Of a stretch of 64,000 nucleotides of DNA, positions 53,500-64,000 are shown piece after piece. Location of the stretch: the NCBI RefSeq assembly GCF_009914755.1, contig NC_060947.1. The stretch is one strand, 5' to 3'. This stretch comes from the human T2T-CHM13v2.0 reference genome, Homo sapiens. Numbering within the stretch: position 1 is the first letter of the stretch; every line of letters begins with the position of its first letter. A program made the position numbers and the translations under genes. Under the pieces are notes generated by a model. It had not been told where the DNA came from, did not search any database, and saw nothing but the letters and a program-made list of their open reading frames with translations.

Positions 53500-53700
53500 A
53501 GATAGTCCACTGGAGTTGGGGTCAGGAATATCTGGGGTAAAAATCCCAGCTCTGCTACTTTCTAGTTAAATGGTCTTGGACAAGTTGTTTGACTTCTAGA
53601 CACTTTAGTTTATTCACCTGTGAAATGAGGATAATACTAGTTTCTTCCCTGGCTGCACTGAGATTTAAAGTACCCAGAGCATAGTGAGTGCTCAGTATCT
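53500..53700 (+). mobile_element. MIR
   Basis: AATCCCAGCTCTGCTACTT...GGTCTTGGACAAGTT...TTCACCTGTGAAATGAGG. Confidence 0.75.
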
Positions 53701-54399
53701 GTTCCCTTTCCAGAACTTTCAAGTGTTTCAAAAAAAAAAGCTATTATTTAGGATTTAGGATTCCAAACTTTATTGGTTGATTCTGGGATTCACAGAAGAA
53801 CAACTCAAAGAACAACTCAGGCAAAGACTTCAAAGTTTTAGAGCATTTTCATACATCAAATGTCTACCAGATGAAGAGAGTAGTAAGTCAGATTTGCACT
53901 TCAGGTATTTTACCACCCAGGATAAGGTGTAGATTTAAGAGAACTGGGCCTCCTCAGATCCTTGCATTTATGACAAGTTTTCTTCCCAAAAGACAGACAC
54001 TGATGGTTTACTTCTTTGAATATTTTATGGTGGAATTTTGTTGCATTGACCTGACTTTTGGACATAGTGACAGCTTAGAAGGCATCTCGTGACAGACCCA
54101 TCATTTGATAATTGAAGGTTTTGTATAGCATCTCTGGTGGAAAACCGTCTAGTATCTGTGATAAAACCTCATGCATTATTTACCAAGGCATCCAATTCCA
54201 TCTCAGGAGAGCTCAGGCTATTGGAAAGTGCTCCTTTATCTGACACCTTGGAGCACTACAGAAGTCATGTGTTTCTTCTATCGGATAGAGGCCAGGTGCC
54301 CTTGAGTCCTTAATGAGCCCCAGATCTTCCATTTTACTTCATTCCTTTCTGACAAGCAGATCTCTATATCAAACGGTCGAATTGAATTTTCAATTAGGA

Positions 54400-55390
54400 T
54401 ATAACAAATCCTCCTCCATCTAAGCATTGTTCAACATGGTCTTGCTTCCCAAATCTGATTCTTTTATAGTCTTCTTCTCAGTGTAGATGGCTTTACCATC
54501 TACCTAGAGACCTGGAAGTCATTCTTGACATTTCCTTCTCCCTCACACACATACCCAATCTATTGCATCATCCTGTGAGTGACACCTGTCTCTGAAATAT
54601 CTCTTTAATTTATTATTATTTCTAGAATATTTATAATAATATTATCTCCAATCTTACTGCCACAAGTCTATTCTCTCACTTAGACTTCTAAAATGACCTC
54701 TCATTAATTATATCTGAATTAATGCTTTTGAATTTGTTCTTTGCACTGCAGCATAAGTTATCTTCCCAAAACATGAATCTGATAATATCACCCACCCTTA
54801 TCCTTTCTTAGAAACACTTTAAGAGCTTATTTCTTTTACTTTTAGTATGATGTTCAAAATCCTTACTATGACCTGAAGGCCCTGCATGGACTGGCCTGGC
54901 CTACCACTGCAGCTGTACCTTTGCTTTGTTTTTCCACATTTTCTGGGCTCCAGTTTTATTGCCCTTATTTCAATACCTTGAATATATCTTGCTGCAGGGC
55001 CTCTGAACATACTGCTGTATCTGGAACATTTTTTCCCATCCTTATAAACACATTTTCTTTACCTGGTGGTCTTCTGTTCTTTCTTCAAATTTTAATTTAT
55101 GTGACTTGCTCAGAGAAGCCTTACCGGATATTCCTAACTAAAGAAAGCTTCACTTTTTAATACACATTCATAGCACCTGTACTTCCCAGCACTTATTCTA
55201 CCTGTAATTTTACTTTCATGTGTGTGACTTTTAAAAATAATTTGTTTTTCCTGAAGTAAAATGTAAACTCAGTGAAGAAAAGAACCAAGTCTGTTTTGGT
55301 TCATGACTGATTCTATCTCCAGCAACAAGCACCATACCTGGCATATGTTAGGTATTTAAACATTTTTGGTAAGTACAATAGATTAAAATT
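54400..55390 (+). mobile_element. LINE-2 3' region
   Basis: CCTGGAAGTCATTCTTGAC...AAGGCCCTGCATGGACTGGCC...ATACCTGGCATATGTTAGG. Confidence 0.75.
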
Positions 55391-55811
55391 GTGAAGAAGA
55401 CAGGGCCTGTTAGGGGCTGGGGTGTTTACAATGATTTTGGGAGGCAAAATGTGTAAAGAAGGGAAAGGTGAAAGTATTTGTTAAAGAGTTATGCCAGTAG
55501 GAACCAGGAAATGGTAAGTAGCCAGGAATAATGGGTTGTGAACCCTAACATTCCTGAGAAGTTAGACAGCACCTGTGTGCAGTTATTCAAGATATCTTTT
55601 TTTTAATTATTTTACTTTAAGTTTTAGGGTACATGTGCACAACGTGCAGGTTTGTTACATATGTATACATGTGACATGTTGGTGTGCTGCACCCATTAAC
55701 TCGTCATTTACATTAGGTATATCTCCTAATGCTATCCCTCCCCACTCCGCCCACCTCACAACAGGCCCCGGTGTGTGATGTTCCCCTTCCTGTGTCCAAG
55801 TGTTCTCATTG

Positions 55812-59845
<4,034 letters not shown>

Positions 59846-59908
59846 TATGATGTTAGCTGGTTATTTTGCTCGTTAGTTGATGCAGTTTCTTCCTAGCCTT
59901 GATGGTCT

Positions 59909-60925
59909 TTACAATTTGGCATGTTTTTGCAGTGGCTGCTACCAGTTTTTCCTTTCCATGTTTAGTGCTTCCTTCAGGAGCTCTTTTAGGGCAGGCCTGG
60001 TGGTGACAAAAATCTCTCAGCATTTGCTTGTCTGTGAAGGATTTTATTTCTCCTTCACTTTTAAAGCTTAGTTTGGCTGGATATGAAATTCTGGGTTGAA
60101 AATTATTTCCTTTAAGATTGTTGAATATTGGCCCCCACTATCTTCTGGCTTGTAGAGTTTCTGCCAAGAGATCCGCTGTTAGTCTGATGGGCTTCCCTTT
60201 GTGGGTAACTCGACTTTTCTCTCTGGCTGCCCTTAACATTTTTTCCTTCATTTCAACTTTGGTGAATCTGACTATTTTGTGTCTTGGAGTTGCTCTTCTT
60301 GAGGAGTATCTTTGTGGCGTTCTCTTTATTTCCTGAATGTGAATGTTGGCCTGCCTTGCTAGATTGGGGGAGTCCTCCTGGATAATATCCTGCAAGGTGT
60401 TTTCCACCTTGGTTCCATTCTCCCATCACTTTCAGGTACACCAATCAGACATAGATTTGGTCTTTTCACAATGTCCCATATTTCTTGGAGGCTTTGTTCC
60501 TTTCTTTTTTATTATTTTTCCTCTAAACTTCTCTTGTCACTTCATTTCATTCATTTGATCTTCCATCACTGATACTCTTTCTCCCAATTGATCGAATCAG
60601 CTACTGAGGCTTGTGCATTCATCACGTAGTTCTTGTGCCATGGTTTTCAGCTCCATCAGGTCCTTTGAGATCTTGTCTGCATTGGTTATTCTAGTTAGCC
60701 ATTCGTCTAATCTTTTTCAAAGTTTTTAACTTCTTTGCCATGGGTTCAAACTTCCTCCTTTAGCTCGGAGAAGTTTGATCATCTGAAGCCTTCTTCTCTC
60801 AACTCGTCAAAGTCTTTCTCTATTCAGTTTTGCTCCATTGCTGGTGAGGAGCTGCATTCCTTTGGAGGCGGAGAGGTGCTCTGATTTTTAGAATTTTCAG
60901 TTTTTCTGCTCTGTTTTTTCCGCAT
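59909..60925 (-). pseudogene. L1 ORF1, frameshifted
   Basis: MRKKQSRKTENSKNQS start at 60925; ENTLQDIIQED.PNLARQ...GKPIRLTADL fragment. Confidence 0.92.
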
Positions 60926-61951
60926 CTTTGTGGTTTTATCTACCTTTGGTCTTTGATGATGATGACATACAGATGGGGTTTTGGTGTGGATATCCTTTCT
61001 GTTTGTTAGTTTTCCTTCTAACAATCAGGACCCTCAGCTGCTGGTCTGTTGGAGTTTGCTGGAGGTCCACTCCAGACCCTATTTGCCTGGGTATCAGCAG
61101 CAGATGCTGTAGAACAGTGAATATTGGTGAACAGCAAATGTTGCTGCCTGATTTTTCCTCTCGAAGTTTTGTCTCAGAGGGGTGCCCGGCTGTGTGAGGT
61201 GTCCATCTCCCCTTACTGGGGGGTGCCTTCCTGTTAGGCTACTTGGGGGTCAGGGACCCACTTCAGGAGGCATTCTGTCCATTCTCAGATCTCAAGCTTC
61301 ATACTGAGAGAACCATTACTGTCTTCCAATCTGTCAGACAGGGACATTTAAGTCTGCAGAGGTTTATGCTCCTTTTGTTTGGCTATGTCCTGCCCCCCGA
61401 GATGGAGTCTACCGAGGCAGGCAGGCTCCTTGAGCTGCAGTGGGCTCCACCCAGTTTGAGGTTCCGGGCCACTTTGTTTACCTACTCAAGCCTCAGCAAT
61501 GGTGGGCACCCCTCCCCCAGCCTCACTGCTGCCTTGCAGTTTGATCTCAGACTGCTGTGCTAGCAATGAGCAAGGATCCGTGGGTGTATGACCCTCTGAG
61601 CCAGGTGCAGGATATAATCTCCTGGTGTGTCGTTTGCTAAGACCATCCGAAAAGTGCAGTATTAGGGTGGGAATGACCTGATTTTCCAGGTGCCGTCTCT
61701 CACCCCTTTCCTTAGCTAGAAAAGGGAATTCCCTGACCCCTTGTGTTTCCCAGGTGAGGCAATGCCTTGCCCTGCTTTGGGTCACACTCAGTGTGCTGCA
61801 CCCACTGTCCTGCACCCACTGACTGACAGTCCCCAGTGAGATGAACCCACTACCTCAGTTGGAAATGCAGAAATCATTCATCTTCTGTGTTGCTCATGCT
61901 GGGAGCTGTAGACTGGACCTATTCCTATTTGGCCATCTTGGAACCACCCCC
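60926..61951 (-). promoter_or_regulatory. L1 5' UTR (sense and antisense promoter region), YY1 site at 61931-61940
   Basis: GGCCATCTTG is the reverse complement of CAAGATGGCC; CpGs are largely decayed, so activity is doubtful. Confidence 0.7.
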
Positions 61952-62239
61952 TATTCAAGATATCTTAAGCCACATTATCTCTGCATCATGCCAGGTGGTT
62001 CCAAGTATCAATGCAGTAAGACAAGCAAGAAGCATAATTAGTAATCTTGGTCCCTTTGAAGGTTTAAAGACATGTAACTCTCTCCTATTCTGAATTACCA
62101 CCACTTGAAATACACTAGATGTTTTATTGGAGGCCAGATAGTTCAAGCCCTCACTTTAAAAGGGGAAGAGAGTCTTTTACAATATAATGTAATTTAGAAG
62201 CAGAGGTGTCACTAGTTCAGTTTAGGCATCAAATCCTTC

Positions 62240-62780
62240 ATGAAGCAACCCCAGATTATCAGTGCCCCCTCTAACTGTGGATATGCCTTTATTATACCCC
62301 ACTGCAATAATCTGTAGACATTTCTGTGACATCATTGGATAGGGATTCCTCAAAGTCAAAGATTTTGTCTTAGTTATCTCTGTACTCTAAGGTTAAAGAT
62401 GGAGCCCGGCTTAGGTGAGATACTCAGTAAATTCTTTTGGATTCAAAGAATGTGTAAATAAATGAAGAAAACCCAAGTCTCTTGATTCCCCAGTGCAAAG
62501 TTATTCCATTGTATGGTTGCCCTTTATTCAAATTTCCAAAACAAAACCCCTTGAGAGTAATCTGTCTTTATGAAAAAAAGCTCTGAATTATTTACCAGAT
62601 TTACACTTGTTTAATGCCTGCTTTGTACTTAGTAGCCTTGTGATTTTAGGTATTACATTAACCTCTGTGTCTCATTTCCTGAGATTGTAAAATGGGAGCA
62701 ATAAATTCTACTTTGCCTCCTTTGCAGGATAGTAAGGCCTTGAAACAGTGGTCTTTAAAAGTCCTTCTGTCAATTCTAAA
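62240..62780 (+). mobile_element. L2 tail and MIR relics
   Basis: GATACTCAGTAAATTCTTTTGGATT; TAACCTCTGTGTCTCATTTCCTGAGATTGTAAAATGGG. Confidence 0.55.
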
Positions 62781-62819
62781 ATGCTTCATATGTATTGGAT
62801 TAGAATTTTGGTGGCCACC

Positions 62820-64000
62820 CAACTATATGGAAATTGAGTAACCTGTTCCTGAATGACTCTTGGGTAAATAATGAAATTAAGGGAGAAATCAAGATGTGCT
62901 TTTAAACTGAAGAGAACAAAGATATAATGCACCCAGAATCTCTGGAATGCAGCTAAAGCAGTGTTAAGAGGGAAACTTATAGCACTAAATATCCACATAA
63001 AAAAGCTAGAAAAGTCTCAAGTTAACAACCTAACCTCAAAACTAAAAGATCTAGAGAACCAAGAGCAAACAAACTCCAAAGCTAGCAGAAGACAAGAAAT
63101 AGCTAAGATCAGAGCTAAACTGAAAAAGATAGAGACACAAAAACCCTTCAAAAATCAGCAAATTCAGGACCTGTTTTCCTGAAAAAATAAATACATAAAT
63201 AAATAAAACAGACCACTAGCTAGTCTAATAAAGAAGAAAAGAGAGAGGAACAAAATAATATAATCAGAAATGACAAGGAGGATATCACCACCTACTTCAC
63301 AGAAATACAAATAACCATCAGAGAATACTGTAAACACACGTATTGTGTGCACATGTATGCACATAAACCAGAAAATCTAGAAGAAATAGATGAATTCCTG
63401 GACACATACACCCTCCCAAGACTGAACCAGGAAGAAATTGAATCCCTGAATAGGTCAATAATGAGTTCTGAAATTAAGATAGCAATAAATAGCCTACCAA
63501 CCAATAAAAGCCCAGGACCAGATGGATTCATGGCCAAATTCTACCAGACTTACAAAGAAGAGATGGTAACATTCCTACTGAAACCATTTTAATAAATTGA
63601 AAAGAAAGGACTCTTCCCTAACCTATAGATTAAAGACTTAAATGTAAACCCCAAAACTACAAAAATCCTAGAAAAAAAATCAAGGCAATATCATTTAGGA
63701 CATCAGCTCAGGCAAAGACTTCATGACAAAAACGCCAAAAGCAATTGCAACAAAAGCAAAAATTGGCAAATAGGATTTAATTAAACTAAACAGCTCTGGG
63801 CAGCAAAATAAATTATCATCAGAGTGAACAGACAACCTACAAAACTGGAGAAATTTTTTGCAGTCTTTTCTTCTGACAAAGGTACAATATCAAGAGTCTA
63901 CAAGGAACTTAAACAAACGTACAAGAAGAAACAAACAACCCCACTGAAATGTTGGCAAAGGACATGGGATACATTGCAAAATTTGAGGAGTTTTGCAAAG
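62820..64000 (+). mobile_element. Primate L1 ORF2 fragment with internal deletion; runs off the window
   Basis: [19 protein letters not shown]; [22 protein letters not shown]...KSPGPDGF; jump at ~63623 to the IKDLNV region. Confidence 0.92.

Noticed and set aside
61499-61591. L1 ORF0 (antisense ORF, MVGTPPPASLLPCSLISDCCASNEQGSVGV)
   Set aside because: Recognisable, but stopped by TGA after 30 codons, before the first splice donor; not an intact ORF0

Overview
Primate, probably hominid, nuclear DNA made almost entirely of decayed transposable elements. There is no recognisable host exon, RNA gene, CpG island, CRISPR array or prokaryotic feature. By my rough coordinate sum about 36 of 64 kb is LINE-1, in layers from old L1M to an L1PA2-type insertion, and most primate-age copies lie on the - strand. 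It also holds a HERV-L pol/dUTPase segment with an MLT2A LTR, a MER21 LTR plus internal remnant, MaLR LTRs (THE1, MST, MLT1), two Alu pieces, and MIR/L2/L3/MER5 relics. The recognisable ORFs in the track are L1 or ERV-L fragments or their antisense shadows. I found no evidence of a new biological system. The items worth checking are structural: an inverted L1 piece with snap-back junctions inside a full-length L1, a 40-bp segment apparently copied 1.86 kb away, a probable L1 3' transduction, a THE1/HERV-L fusion with an intact DUX4-type motif, three-level L1 nesting with readable TSDs, and two possible very old Gypsy/RTE relics. Subfamily names come from recalled consensus sequences, not a database search. 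Boundaries without a TSD are approximate.
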